From assembly GCA_036740275.1 (NCBI GenBank), contig DAINEH010000022.1, forward strand, positions 609 to 64,608: a stretch of 64,000 nt of DNA, given 5' to 3'. The position numbers and the translations under genes were made by a program. Shown in pieces: positions 12,376 through 22,499 of this stretch. The notes under the pieces were generated by a model. That model was not told the DNA's origin. It ran no database searches and saw nothing but the letters and a program-made list of their open reading frames with translations. The stretch is from Paracoccaceae bacterium. Its GTDB lineage: Bacteria > Pseudomonadota > Alphaproteobacteria > Rhodobacterales > Rhodobacteraceae. Each line of letters starts with the position of its first letter. The stretch's first letter is position 1.

Positions 12376-13413
12376 TCAGCCCCAGTCGAGCACGACCTTG
12401 CCGCTTTTGCCGGATCGCATCGTCTCGAACCCATCCCGGAACTCATCCACCTTGAAGCGGTGGGTGATCACGCGGCGGATGTCGAGGCCGTTTTCCAGCA
12501 TGGCGATCATCTTGTACCAGGTCTCGAAAATCTCGCGACCATAGACGCCCTTGATGGTAATCGCCTTGAAGACGATGCGGGACCAGTCGACCGGCGACTT
12601 GCCCGGCGGGATACCGAGCATGGCGATGCGACCGCCCATCACCATGTTCTCGACCATCTGGTCGAGGGCGATCTGGCTGCCGGACATTTCCATGCCGACA
12701 TCGAATCCTTCCTTCATCTTCAGCTTGCCTTCAACCTCGCGCAGGTCCTGCTTGGCGACGTTGACGGGGACCACATCCGTGACAGCGGCGGCAAGGTCGA
12801 GCCGGTCCTGATTGATATCGGTGATGACGATGTGGCGCGCGCCGACATGGCGGGCGACGGCGGCGGCCATGATGCCGATGGGACCGGCGCCGGTGATGAG
12901 CACATCCTCGCCCACCAGATCGAAGGACAGCGCGGTGTGGACGGCGTTGCCCAGGGGGTCGAGGATCGCGCCGATGTCATCGTCGATCTCATCGGGCAGC
13001 GGCACCACGTTGAAGGCGGGCAGGCGCAGGTATTCGGCAAAGGCGCCCTGTTCGTTGACACCGATGCCGCGCGTGGCGGGGTCAAGGTGGAACTTGCCGG
13101 CGCGGGACTGGCGCGACTGCTTGCCGATCAGGTGGCCCTCGCCGGAGCAGCGCTGGCCAATGGTCAGGCCTTCGACGTTCTTGCCGATCTCGACAATTTC
13201 ACCGGCAAACTCATGGCCGGTGACAAGGCCGACAGGAACGGTCTTCGCCGCCCATTCGTCCCAGTTCCAGATATGAATGTCGGTGCCACAGATGCCGGTC
13301 TTTTTGATGCGGATGAGCACGTCATCCGGGCCGATCTCCGGCACCGGGCGGTTCTCCATCCAGAGGCCAACCTCGGGTTTCACCTTCGCCAGTGCCTTCA
13401 TGTCATTGCGCAT
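12376..13413 (-). CDS. tdh: L-threonine 3-dehydrogenase
   Basis: Zn-ADH family. [22 protein letters not shown]...ICGTDIHIW...[12 protein letters not shown] matches the Tdh N-terminus. The start at 13413 overlaps the kbl stop (TGATG); 13401 is an alternative start. Confidence 0.93.
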   Translation of the reverse strand: MRNDMKALAKVKPEVGLWMENRPVPEIGPDDVLIRIKKTGICGTDIHIWNWDEWAAKTVPVGLVTGHEFAGEIVEIGKNVEGLTIGQRCSGEGHLIGKQSRQSRAGKFHLDPATRGIGVNEQGAFAEYLRLPAFNVVPLPDEIDDDIGAILDPLGNAVHTALSFDLVGEDVLITGAGPIGIMAAAVARHVGARHIVITDINQDRLDLAAAVTDVVPVNVAKQDLREVEGKLKMKEGFDVGMEMSGSQIALDQMVENMVMGGRIAMLGIPPGKSPVDWSRIVFKAITIKGVYGREIFETWYKMIAMLENGLDIRRVITHRFKVDEFRDGFETMRSGKSGKVVLDWG

Positions 13414-14603
13414 CAGATCGCCCCCACAGCCTTGCCCGCACCCCTGAAGGCGTCGAGCGCGAAATCGAGATCATTGCGGGTCAGCCTCGCATTCATCTGC
13501 GTGCGGATGCGCGCCTGACCCTTGGGCACCACCGGGAAGAAGAAGCCGGAGACATAGACGCCCCGGTTGTAAAGCTCTGCCGCCATCGCCTGAGCGAGCT
13601 TTGCGTCGCCGAGCATGACCGGGATGATCGGGTGTTCGCCCGGCAGCAGGCGGAAACCGGCATCTGCAAGGCCCGCGCGCCAGTAGCGGGCATTGTCGAA
13701 AAGCTGCGTCCGAAGGTCGTCCGCCGCCTCGACCAGATCAAGGGCGGCGATGCCAGCGGCAACCACGGCGGGGGGCAGGGCGTTCGAGAAGAGATAGGGC
13801 CGCGCCCGCTGGCGCAGAAGGTCGATCACGGCTTGCGGCCCGGCGATATAGCCGCCAAGCGCGCCGCCCAAAGCCTTACCAAGGGTGCCGGTCAGGATAT
13901 CGACATCGACCCCGGCATGGGCGGGCGTTCCCCGGCCTTGCGGCCCCATGAAGCCGGTCGCGTGGCAGTCGTCGACCATCACGAGTGCGCCGTATTTCGT
14001 CGCCAGCGCCGTCACGTCCTTCAGGTTCGCCAGATAGCCGTCCATCGAAAAGACGCCATCCGTTGCCACCATGATGAACCGCGCACCATCGGCCCGCGCC
14101 GCCTTGAGTTGCGCCTCAAGGTCCGCCATGTCGGAATTGGCGTAGCGGTAGCGCTTGGCCTTGCAGAGCCGGATGCCGTCGATGATCGAGGCATGGTTGA
14201 GCGCGTCCGAGATGACCGCATCCTCCGGCCCCAGAAGCGGCTCGAACAAGCCGCCATTCGCGTCGAAACAGGCGGCGAAGAGGATGGAATCCTCCTTGCC
14301 GAGGAAGCGGGCGATCCGCGCTTCAAGCTCCCGGTGGAGGTCCTGCGTGCCGCAGATGAAGCGGACCGAGGCCATGCCGTAGCCGTGCCCGTCCATCGCG
14401 CCCTTGGCGGCCGCAATCAGCGCGAGGTGATCGGCAAGGCCAAGGTAGTTGTTGGCGCAGAGGTTCAGCATGTCGCGCCCGGCAACCTTCACATGCGCGC
14501 CCTGCGCCGAAGTGATCAGGCGTTCGCGCTTCATCAGCCCGTCGGCTTCGATGCCGCGCAGGGTATCGCCCAGGTGGGAAAGAAAGGTCGATTTGTCCGT
14601 CAT
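13413..14603 (-). CDS. kbl: 2-amino-3-ketobutyrate CoA ligase (glycine C-acetyltransferase)
   Basis: 396-aa PLP-dependent alpha-oxoamine synthase ([22 protein letters not shown]) coupled to tdh in the classic kbl-tdh arrangement. Confidence 0.93.
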   Translation of the reverse strand: MTDKSTFLSHLGDTLRGIEADGLMKRERLITSAQGAHVKVAGRDMLNLCANNYLGLADHLALIAAAKGAMDGHGYGMASVRFICGTQDLHRELEARIARFLGKEDSILFAACFDANGGLFEPLLGPEDAVISDALNHASIIDGIRLCKAKRYRYANSDMADLEAQLKAARADGARFIMVATDGVFSMDGYLANLKDVTALATKYGALVMVDDCHATGFMGPQGRGTPAHAGVDVDILTGTLGKALGGALGGYIAGPQAVIDLLRQRARPYLFSNALPPAVVAAGIAALDLVEAADDLRTQLFDNARYWRAGLADAGFRLLPGEHPIIPVMLGDAKLAQAMAAELYNRGVYVSGFFFPVVPKGQARIRTQMNARLTRNDLDFALDAFRGAGKAVGAI

Positions 14604-14626
14604 TGCAGATGATCCTCCTGAATAGC

Positions 14627-14655
14627 GGAATACGCGTCGATCGGGCTTTCGTCAA
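14627..14655 (-). promoter_or_regulatory. Candidate sigma70-type promoter of kbl-tdh
   Basis: The minus strand reads TTGACG (14655-14650), a 17-nt spacer, then TATTCC (14632-14627), followed by AGGAGG and ATG 14603. It is flanked by direct ATAGCGGA repeats. Confidence 0.3.
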
Positions 14656-14693
14656 TATAGCGGATAGCAATCCGCAAAACAGGAATCGCTCAC

Positions 14694-15254
14694 CTAACTG
14701 TTCTGCACGATTAGGATCGCGCGGGCGGGGCCGCCTTCGGCTTCAATCCGGTGTGGTCTGTCGGCGAAATAGCGGGCGGTGTCACCGACGCCGAGCTGCT
14801 GACAGTCATCGCCCGATACGACCTCCACCTTGCCTTCAAGGACGGTCAGGTGCTCCCGGCATCCCGGCCCGTGCGGGTCGCTCACAAGTTTGCCTCTGGT
14901 CTCAAAGCGCAGGTCATAGACTTCATGCTCCCCGGCGGCCTCTGCCGGCGACAGGATGCGAATCTGCACGCCCTGTCCCCTGCCGCCGATGACCGGGGCC
15001 GCCTCGGCGCGGATCACCTCGATCCCCGGCGCGGTGCGGCCTTCGAGAAGCCCGGCGAAATCGACCTGCAGAGCCTGCGTCAGATTCCAGAGTGTCGCGA
15101 CCGTGGGACTCGATTCGCCGCGTTCGATCTGGCTGACCATGGACCGGCTGACACCCGATAGCTTCGCCACGGCATCAAGGCTGAGGCCCTTGGTCTTGCG
15201 CGCCTCTTTCAGCGAGGCGGCAAGGCGGTCGTGGATGTCGGATCGCGCGTTCAT
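14694..15254 (-). CDS. XRE-family HTH transcriptional regulator with C-terminal cupin domain
   Basis: 186 aa. HTH segment LSLDAVAKLSGVSRSMVSQIERGESSP plus a cupin-like C-terminal half. Confidence 0.85.
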   Translation of the reverse strand: MNARSDIHDRLAASLKEARKTKGLSLDAVAKLSGVSRSMVSQIERGESSPTVATLWNLTQALQVDFAGLLEGRTAPGIEVIRAEAAPVIGGRGQGVQIRILSPAEAAGEHEVYDLRFETRGKLVSDPHGPGCREHLTVLEGKVEVVSGDDCQQLGVGDTARYFADRPHRIEAEGGPARAILIVQNS

Positions 15255-15285
15255 GCGCGAAACGTGGGCCTGCGGCGGTGAAAGG

Positions 15286-16203
15286 TCAACGGGGCAACAT
15301 CGCCTCGCCGTCTGGGTCGGAGGCTTCCGCGAGAAGCCAGTCGCGGAAGGCGATGAGCGGCGGATAACCAGCGCCGACGGAGGGCCAGACGAGGTAATAG
15401 GCCTCCGGCCCCTCCACTGGGTCTCCAGAAGCGCGCACGAGACGGCCGTCGGCGAGTTCCGGCTTCGCCAGGAATTCCGGCAGAAGCGCCACGCCCAGCC
15501 CGTGGATCACCGCCTGGATCATCGGCGCGAACTGGTCGAAGAGCATCCCTTGTTGCACCGGGCCGGTGACGCCGTGATGGGCGAACCAGCGCGCCCAGGC
15601 ATTGGGCCGGGTCTCCAGTTGCAGAAGCGGCAGGCCGATCAGGTCGCGCGGGCCGGAAAGCGGATGGGCCGCGAGGAAATCCGGGGCACAGCAGGCCACC
15701 AGCCTTTCGTCGAAAAGCCGTGCCGAGCCGGCGCCGGACCAGTCGTCCCGGCCGAAATGGATCGCGGCATCGAAGCCTTCCTCGTCGAAGTCGAAGGGCT
15801 TCAGCCTTGTGCCAAGGTTGATGGTGACGCCGGGATGCACCGCGAGAAAGCGCGGCAGCCGCGGCGCCAGCCAGCGTGTGCCGAAGGTCGGCAGGATGGC
15901 GAGCGACAGCGTGCCGCCGCCGGTGCTCGACCTGACCCGCATCGATCCGCGCGAGATGAGATCGAGCGCCTTGCCGACGTCGCGGGCATAGGCCAGCGCC
16001 TGATCGGTCGGCAGAAGCCGCCGGCCTTCGCGCAGGAACAGCGTCACGCCAAGCTGCGCCTCCATGTTCTGGATCAGCCGGCTGACCGCGCCCTGCGTCA
16101 GGTCAAGGTCGCGGGCGGCGGCGAGCGTCGAGCCGGTACGGATCACCGCTTCGAACGCGGTGAGGAGAGAGATCGAGGGGAGCAGGCGGCGCGGTGTCGC
16201 CAT
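15286..16203 (-). CDS. LysR-family transcriptional regulator, divergent from gcdH (GcdR-like)
   Basis: HTH segment LLTAFEAVIRTGSTLAAARDLDLTQGAVSRLIQNME. ATG 16203 (MATPRRLL) is preferred over the GTG-extended track start at 16233. Confidence 0.85.
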   Translation of the reverse strand: MATPRRLLPSISLLTAFEAVIRTGSTLAAARDLDLTQGAVSRLIQNMEAQLGVTLFLREGRRLLPTDQALAYARDVGKALDLISRGSMRVRSSTGGGTLSLAILPTFGTRWLAPRLPRFLAVHPGVTINLGTRLKPFDFDEEGFDAAIHFGRDDWSGAGSARLFDERLVACCAPDFLAAHPLSGPRDLIGLPLLQLETRPNAWARWFAHHGVTGPVQQGMLFDQFAPMIQAVIHGLGVALLPEFLAKPELADGRLVRASGDPVEGPEAYYLVWPSVGAGYPPLIAFRDWLLAEASDPDGEAMLPR

Positions 16204-16227
16204 GTATGTGTTCCATGCATAGAATAA

Positions 16228-16251
16228 CGCCACAATAGCGCTGTTGCGGTG
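16228..16251. promoter_or_regulatory. Imperfect dyad in the LysR-gcdH intergenic region (candidate LysR box)
   Basis: CGCCACAATAGCGCTGTTGCGGTG is centred on AGCGCT, with 9 of 12 positions symmetric. Confidence 0.25.
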
Positions 16252-16307
16252 GAAAACAATGGCGCATAGTGCATATCAGACGCCGCCCAGACAGCCACGA
16301 GGACGAG

Positions 16308-17516
16308 ATGGCCCTGAAACCGAAAGACGCCCCCGACCTTTCCCGCTTCGATTGGGAAGATGCTCTCCGGATGGAAGACCAACTGTCCGAAGAGGAGCGG
16401 ATGCTGCGCGACGGCGCCCGCGCCTATGCGCAGGAAAAGCTGCAACCCCGCGTGATTGCTGCCTATCGTGAGGAATCGACCGACCCGGCGATCTTCCGCG
16501 AAATGGGCGAGATGGGGCTTCTCGGCGTCACGGTGCCCGAGGAATACGGCGGCATCGGTGCCTCCTACGTGGCCTACGGGCTGATTGCACGCGAAGTCGA
16601 GCGGGTTGATTCGGGCTACCGGTCGATGATGTCGGTGCAGTCCAGCCTCGTCATGTATCCGATCTATGCCTATGGCTCGGAAGAGCAGCGCAAGAAATAC
16701 CTCCCGAAGCTCGCCTCTGGCGAATACATCGGCTGCTTCGGCCTGACCGAGCCCGATGCAGGCTCTGACCCCGCCGGCATGAAAACCCGCGCCACCAAGA
16801 CGGCGAACGGCTATGTGCTGAACGGCGCCAAGATGTGGATTTCCAACGCGCCCATCGCCGATGTCTTCGTCGTCTGGGCGAAGTCCGATGCGCATGGCGG
16901 CAAGATCCGGGGCTTCGTGCTGGAAAAAGGCATGAAGGGGCTTTCGGCGCCGAAGATCGGCGGCAAGCTGTCGCTCCGCGCCTCGATCACCGGTGAGATC
17001 GTGATGGCGAATGTCGAGGTCGGCGAGGACGCGCTTTTGCCGAATGTCGAAGGGCTGAAGGGCCCGTTCGGCTGCCTCAACCGCGCCCGCTATGGCATTT
17101 CCTGGGGCGTTCTCGGCGCTGCCGAATTCTGCTGGCATGCGGCGCGGCAATACGGGCTTGACCGCAAGCAGTTCAACCGGCCGCTGGCGCAGACCCAGCT
17201 TTACCAGAAGAAGCTGGCCGACATGATGACCGAGATCACGCTTGGCCTGCAGGCATCCTTGCGCGTCGGTCGCCTGATGGACGAGGCGAAGGCCGCGCCC
17301 GAAATGATCTCGCTCGTCAAACGCAACAACTGCGGCAAGGCGCTGGATATCGCCCGGGTGTCGCGCGACATGCATGGCGGCAACGGCATCCAGGAGGATT
17401 TCCAGATCATGCGCCATATGGTGAACCTTGAGACGGTGAACACCTACGAGGGCACGCATGACGTCCATGCGCTGATCCTCGGCCGCGCGATCACCGGGCT
17501 GCAGGCGTTCTTCTGA
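16308..17516 (+). CDS. gcdH: Glutaryl-CoA dehydrogenase
   Basis: Acyl-CoA dehydrogenase motifs [14 protein letters not shown] and [14 protein letters not shown]. The N-terminus [22 protein letters not shown] is typical of GcdH. ATG 16308 chosen. Confidence 0.9.
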   Translation: MALKPKDAPDLSRFDWEDALRMEDQLSEEERMLRDGARAYAQEKLQPRVIAAYREESTDPAIFREMGEMGLLGVTVPEEYGGIGASYVAYGLIAREVERVDSGYRSMMSVQSSLVMYPIYAYGSEEQRKKYLPKLASGEYIGCFGLTEPDAGSDPAGMKTRATKTANGYVLNGAKMWISNAPIADVFVVWAKSDAHGGKIRGFVLEKGMKGLSAPKIGGKLSLRASITGEIVMANVEVGEDALLPNVEGLKGPFGCLNRARYGISWGVLGAAEFCWHAARQYGLDRKQFNRPLAQTQLYQKKLADMMTEITLGLQASLRVGRLMDEAKAAPEMISLVKRNNCGKALDIARVSRDMHGGNGIQEDFQIMRHMVNLETVNTYEGTHDVHALILGRAITGLQAFF

Positions 17517-17614
17517 CGGTTTCGCCGGGGCAGGCCTTCGACGAAAGTGCCCGGGCCCGGCACCTGATGCCTCCGGCGGAGGTATTTCGGGCAAGATGAA
17601 ACGCAAGGGATTTC

Positions 17615-19804
17615 ATGGACAGAGCCGACATCGTTCACCAGAACTTCCTGAGGCGGGTTGCCAGTGGCGACCTGCCCCAAGGTGCTGCGCCAATGGGACC
17701 GCTTTCGGCAACGGAGGCGGTTTCGGTGTTCCGGTCAGGGTGCCTCAGCCGAGCGCTCGACCGGCAGAGCCGGGCGATGCAGAAGGCGGGGCAGGGGTTC
17801 TATACCATCGGCTCGTCGGGGCATGAGGGAGTGGCGGCGGTGGCGGCGGCGCTTCGGCCGACCGACATGGCCTTTCTCCACTACCGCGATGCGGCCTTCC
17901 AGATCGCGCGGGCGGCGCAGGTGCCGGGGCAGTCGATCGCCTGGGACATGCTCCTGAGCTTTGCGTCCTCGTCCGAGGACCCGATTTCGGGCGGGCGGCA
18001 CAAGGTGCTGGGCTCGAAGGCACTTTCCATTCCGCCTCAGACTTCGACCATCGCCTCGCATCTGCCGAAGGCGGTGGGTGCTGCCTATGCCATAGGTGCT
18101 GCGCGGCGGCACAGGCCGGAGCATCAGGATCTGCCGGACGATGCCATCGTCTGCTGTTCCTTCGGCGATGCCTCGGCCAACCATTCGACGGCGCAGGGCG
18201 CGTTCAACACCGCCGGCTGGACATCGTACCAATCAATCCCGCTGCCCCTGCTTTTCGTCTGCGAGGATAACGGCATCGGCATTTCGACGAAGACGCCGAA
18301 GGGCTGGATCGCCGCGAACTTCTCCACGCGGCCAGGCCTGAAGTACTTCTCCTGCAACGGGCTTGATATCTACGAGACCTTCCGCGTCGCATCTGAGGCT
18401 ACGGCCTATGTCCGGAACCGCCGGAAGCCGGCCTTCCTGCACATCGGCACCATCCGGCTCTACGGCCATGCCGGGGCCGATGTGCCGACGACCTATCTGC
18501 CGCGCGAGGAAGTCGAGGCCGAGGAGGCGATGGATCCCTTGCTGCATTCGGTCCGTCTGCTCTCCGAGGCGGGCGCGCTGGAGCCTGCGGACGCGCTGGC
18601 GATCTACAACCAGACGAATGCCCGCGTGGTACGGGTGGCCGATGAGGTTATCACCCGGCCGAGGCTGAAGACGGCCGCCGAGGTCATGGCCGCGATCATT
18701 CCGCCGAAGCGGGTCTGCAAGCCAACCAACGGCCCTTCGGCCGAGGCGCGGGCGGCGGCTTTCGGCGGCGACATGAAGGCGATGGAAGAGCCGCAGATCA
18801 TGTCGCGGCTCATCAACTGGGCGCTGACCGACCTGATGTTGGAGCATCCCGAGGTCGTGATGATGGGCGAGGATGTCGGTCGCAAGGGCGGCGTCTATGG
18901 CGTTACGCAGAAGCTCCATGCCCGTTTCGGCCCCGACCGGATGATCGACACGCTGCTTGATGAACAGTCGATCCTCGGCCTTGCCATCGGCATGGCGCAG
19001 AACGGCTTCGTGCCCATGCCCGAGATCCAGTTCCTCGCCTATCTCCACAATGCCGAGGACCAGATCCGGGGCGAGGCGGCGACGCTGCCCTTCTTCTCGA
19101 ACGGGCAGTACACCAATCCGATGGTGTTGCGCATCGCCGGGCTTGGCTATCAGAAGGGCTTCGGCGGGCATTTCCACAATGACAATTCGGTGGCGGTACT
19201 GCGCGACATTCCGGGGCTTATCCTCGCCTGCCCGTCGAACGGGGCGGACGCCGCGAAGATGCTGCGCGAATGTGTGCGGCTGGCGCGCGAGGAACAGCGG
19301 CTGGTGGTCTTCCTGGAGCCGATCGCGCTTTACCCGATGCGCGACCTTCTGGCCGAGAAGGATGGCGGCTGGATGCGACCCTATCCTGCCCGGAACGAGA
19401 CGATTCCGCTTGGTGAGGTCGGGGTGCATGGCAGCGGAACCGACCTTGCCATCGTGACCTTCGGCAATGGCTACTACCTCTCGCGGCAGACTGAGAAGCG
19501 GCTGGCGGATGCCGGGGTGAAGGCGCGGGTCGTCGACATGCGCTGGCTGTCGCCGCTGCCGACCGAGGCGCTGGTCGAGGCGGTAAAGGGTGCTGAACGC
19601 ATCCTGATCGTGGATGAGACCCGCCATTCCGGCGGCGTGGCCGAGGCGCTGATGGCGCTTTTCACCGAGCGGACCAATGTGCCGCATGCGCGGATCACGG
19701 CGGAGGACAGTTTCATCGCCACCGGCCCGGCCTATGCGGCGACGATGCCCTCGGCGGACGGCATCTTTGCTGCCGCGATGGACCTGATGGGGGCCGCGCA
19801 ATGA
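17615..19804 (+). CDS. Fused E1 alpha/beta thiamine-diphosphate-dependent 2-oxoacid dehydrogenase component
   Basis: 729 aa. The N-half carries the TPP motif GDASANHSTAQGAFNTA...CEDNGIGIS. The C-half is a transketolase-like pyrimidine-binding/C-terminal domain (MGEDVGRKGGVYGVT...EIQFLAYL). Confidence 0.85.
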   Translation: MDRADIVHQNFLRRVASGDLPQGAAPMGPLSATEAVSVFRSGCLSRALDRQSRAMQKAGQGFYTIGSSGHEGVAAVAAALRPTDMAFLHYRDAAFQIARAAQVPGQSIAWDMLLSFASSSEDPISGGRHKVLGSKALSIPPQTSTIASHLPKAVGAAYAIGAARRHRPEHQDLPDDAIVCCSFGDASANHSTAQGAFNTAGWTSYQSIPLPLLFVCEDNGIGISTKTPKGWIAANFSTRPGLKYFSCNGLDIYETFRVASEATAYVRNRRKPAFLHIGTIRLYGHAGADVPTTYLPREEVEAEEAMDPLLHSVRLLSEAGALEPADALAIYNQTNARVVRVADEVITRPRLKTAAEVMAAIIPPKRVCKPTNGPSAEARAAAFGGDMKAMEEPQIMSRLINWALTDLMLEHPEVVMMGEDVGRKGGVYGVTQKLHARFGPDRMIDTLLDEQSILGLAIGMAQNGFVPMPEIQFLAYLHNAEDQIRGEAATLPFFSNGQYTNPMVLRIAGLGYQKGFGGHFHNDNSVAVLRDIPGLILACPSNGADAAKMLRECVRLAREEQRLVVFLEPIALYPMRDLLAEKDGGWMRPYPARNETIPLGEVGVHGSGTDLAIVTFGNGYYLSRQTEKRLADAGVKARVVDMRWLSPLPTEALVEAVKGAERILIVDETRHSGGVAEALMALFTERTNVPHARITAEDSFIATGPAYAATMPSADGIFAAAMDLMGAAQ

Positions 19805-20838
19805 AGACCGCTGTCGTCATCTGCCCCGGCCGGGGCACCTATACCAAGACCGAGCTTGGCTATCTGAAGCGGCATTTCCGTGACCGGGCGCTGATGGCCG
19901 GTTTCGACGGCACGCGCGAGGCGTTGGGGCAGGAGAGCCTGACTGCCCTAGACGGCGCGGCGACCTATTCGGTCGCCAAGCATACACGGGGCGACAATGC
20001 CTCGGGGCTGATCTATGCGGCGACGCTGGGAGACTTCCGCGCCATCGACCGGGGCGAGGTCGAGATTGTCGCCGTGACCGGCAATTCGATGGGCTGGTAC
20101 TCGGCGCTCGCCTGTGCCGGTGCGCTTTCGGCGGAAGCGGGGTTTGAGGTGGTCAACACCATGGGCACGCTGATGCAGGAGGCGCTGATCGGCGGGCAGT
20201 TGGTCTATCCTAGCGTCGGCGAGGACTGGGTGCCGGACCCGGCGCGGAAAGCGCGGCAGATGGCGAAGGTCGCGGAGATTGGGGCGCGGCCCGATCATGT
20301 TTTCGGCCTGTCCATCGACCTTGGCGGTATGCTGGTTCTGGCCGGCAACGAGGCCGGGCTGAAGGCCTTCGAGGCCGAGGTTCCGCCGGAGCAGGGTCGA
20401 TTCCCGATGCGGCTGTCGAACCATGCCGCCTTCCACACCGCGCTTCAGACGCCGGTCGCGGAGCGTGGCCAGGCAAGGCTGTCGTCCGGCCTTTTCGGCC
20501 AGCCCGACCTGCCGATGATTGACGGGCGGGGCGCGATCTGGTGGCCGAGTGCTACGGACGCGCAGGCGCTCTGGGACTACACGCTTGGCCATCAGGTGGT
20601 CGAGCCCTATGACTTCACCCACGCCATCCGCACCGCCGCGCGCGAATTCGCGCCCGACCTCTTCATTGTCGCCGGACCCGGTACCACCTTGGGCGGGGCG
20701 GTGGCGCAAAGCCTGATCCTGGCCAACTGGCGCGGCATGGGATCGAAGACCGATTTTCAGACACGGCAACAGACGGCGCCGCTTCTGGTCTCCATGGGTA
20801 TGGACGACCAGCGCGCCATCGTCACCAAAGGAGACTGA
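19801..20838 (+). CDS. FabD-like (malonyl-CoA:ACP transacylase superfamily) acyltransferase
   Basis: 345 aa, ATGA-coupled to the E1 gene. Nucleophile elbow VTGNSMGWYSAL (compare GHSLGEY) and a later NHAAFHT (compare AFHS). Confidence 0.7.
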   Translation: MKTAVVICPGRGTYTKTELGYLKRHFRDRALMAGFDGTREALGQESLTALDGAATYSVAKHTRGDNASGLIYAATLGDFRAIDRGEVEIVAVTGNSMGWYSALACAGALSAEAGFEVVNTMGTLMQEALIGGQLVYPSVGEDWVPDPARKARQMAKVAEIGARPDHVFGLSIDLGGMLVLAGNEAGLKAFEAEVPPEQGRFPMRLSNHAAFHTALQTPVAERGQARLSSGLFGQPDLPMIDGRGAIWWPSATDAQALWDYTLGHQVVEPYDFTHAIRTAAREFAPDLFIVAGPGTTLGGAVAQSLILANWRGMGSKTDFQTRQQTAPLLVSMGMDDQRAIVTKGD

Positions 20839-20839
20839 C

Positions 20840-22336
20840 ATGAGCCATATGGATGTGTTGAAGGCCGCGGGCCTTACTCAAGCGGACCTGACCGGCGGCA
20901 CGATGGCGGTGTGTTCGCCCATCGATGGGACGGAAGTGGCGAAGGTGCGGGAAACCGCCGCCGCCGACATGCCGAAGATCATCGCCAAATCGCAAGAGGC
21001 GTTCCGCGCCTGGCGTCAGGTTCCCGCCCCGCGCCGGGGCGAGCTGGTGCGGCTTCTGGGTGAGGAACTTCGCACCGCGAAGGCGGAGCTTGGAGCGGTT
21101 GTGACGCTCGAAGCCGGCAAGATCACCTCGGAAGGCCTTGGCGAAGTGCAGGAGATGATCGACATCTGCGATTTCGCTGTCGGCCTTTCGCGCCAGATCT
21201 ACGGGCTAACCATCGCTTCAGAGCGACCCGGCCACCGGATGATGGAGACCTGGCATCCGCTTGGGCCTTGCGCGATCATCACCGCCTTCAACTTCCCCGT
21301 CGCCGTCTGGGCCTGGAACGCCGCGCTGGCGCTTGTCTGCGGCGATCCGGTGATCTGGAAGCCCTCGGAAAAGACGCCGCTGACGGCAATGGCGACGCAG
21401 AAGATCATGGACCGCGCGCTGAAGCGTTTCGGCGATGCGCCCGAGGGGCTTTGCCAACTCGTGATCGGCGGCCCGGCCATCGGCGAGGCGCTAGTGAATT
21501 CGAAGGACGTGCCCATCGTCTCCGCCACCGGATCGACCCGCATGGGGGGAATCGTCGGCCCGAAAGTCTCCGCCCGCTGGGGCCGGCCGATCCTTGAGCT
21601 TGGCGGCAACAACGCGATGATCGTGGCGCCTTCGGCCGATCTCGACATGGCTGTGCGCGCGATTGTGTTCTCCGCAGTCGGCACCGCCGGGCAGCGCTGC
21701 ACCTCGCTCCGCCGCCTGATCGCGCATAATTCGGTCAAGGATGAGCTGGTTGCGAAACTGACCAAGGCCTATGCGAGCCTGCCGGTCGGCGATCCCCGCG
21801 CGCAAGGCACGCTTGTCGGGCCGCTGATCGACGTGGCCGCCAAGGACCGGATGCAGGCGATGCTGGGTCAGGCCAAGGCCGAAGGTGGTGCCGTGCATGG
21901 CGGCAAGGTCGTGACCGCGGGCGTGCCGGACGGGGCCTATGTCGCCCCCGCCATCGTCGAGATGCCATCGCAGACTGATACTGTCAGGACGGAAACTTTC
22001 GCGCCGATCCTCTATGTCCTTGGCTACGACACGCTCGATGAGGCCATCGCGATCCAGAACGACGTGCCGCAGGGCCTGTCCTCCTGCATCTTCACGCTGA
22101 ACATGCGCGAGGCGGAGACCTTCCTTTCCGCCGCGGGGTCGGATTGCGGCATCGCCAACGTCAATATCGGGCCTTCGGGGGCCGAGATCGGCGGCGCTTT
22201 CGGTGGCGAAAAGGAAACCGGCGGTGGCCGTGAATCCGGTTCCGACGCCTGGCGCGGCTACATGCGGCGGCAGACCAACACCATCAACTATTCGGCGCAA
22301 CTGCCGCTTGCGCAGGGCGTCAAGTTCGACATCTGA
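20840..22336 (+). CDS. ALDH7-type aldehyde dehydrogenase (alpha-aminoadipic semialdehyde / piperideine-6-carboxylate dehydrogenase-like)
   Basis: 498 aa. Motifs ELGGNNA and GTAGQRCTSLRR (catalytic Cys in ALDH7-style context). Adjacent to a lysine dehydrogenase-like gene. Confidence 0.8.
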   Translation: MSHMDVLKAAGLTQADLTGGTMAVCSPIDGTEVAKVRETAAADMPKIIAKSQEAFRAWRQVPAPRRGELVRLLGEELRTAKAELGAVVTLEAGKITSEGLGEVQEMIDICDFAVGLSRQIYGLTIASERPGHRMMETWHPLGPCAIITAFNFPVAVWAWNAALALVCGDPVIWKPSEKTPLTAMATQKIMDRALKRFGDAPEGLCQLVIGGPAIGEALVNSKDVPIVSATGSTRMGGIVGPKVSARWGRPILELGGNNAMIVAPSADLDMAVRAIVFSAVGTAGQRCTSLRRLIAHNSVKDELVAKLTKAYASLPVGDPRAQGTLVGPLIDVAAKDRMQAMLGQAKAEGGAVHGGKVVTAGVPDGAYVAPAIVEMPSQTDTVRTETFAPILYVLGYDTLDEAIAIQNDVPQGLSSCIFTLNMREAETFLSAAGSDCGIANVNIGPSGAEIGGAFGGEKETGGGRESGSDAWRGYMRRQTNTINYSAQLPLAQGVKFDI

Positions 22337-22367
22337 CGGGTCTTTCCGTCCGTCAAAAACGGCCTTC

Positions 22368-22410
22368 CGGCCCGGTCCGTCATCTTGATGGGTCGGGCCG
22401 TCACTTTTTT
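22368..22410 (+). terminator. Rho-independent terminator after the gcdH..ALDH7 unit
   Basis: CGGCCCG (22368-22374) pairs with CGGGCCG (22394-22400) and the stem extends inward with wobble pairs. T6 follows at 22405-22410. Confidence 0.55.
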
Positions 22411-22499
22411 GCGAAACCTCATCCATATCGCCGGTTTGTCGCGCGCAATCGACGCCTGAACCGGCGAATGTGACGTGCAAAGACGACTGGAGAACTACT

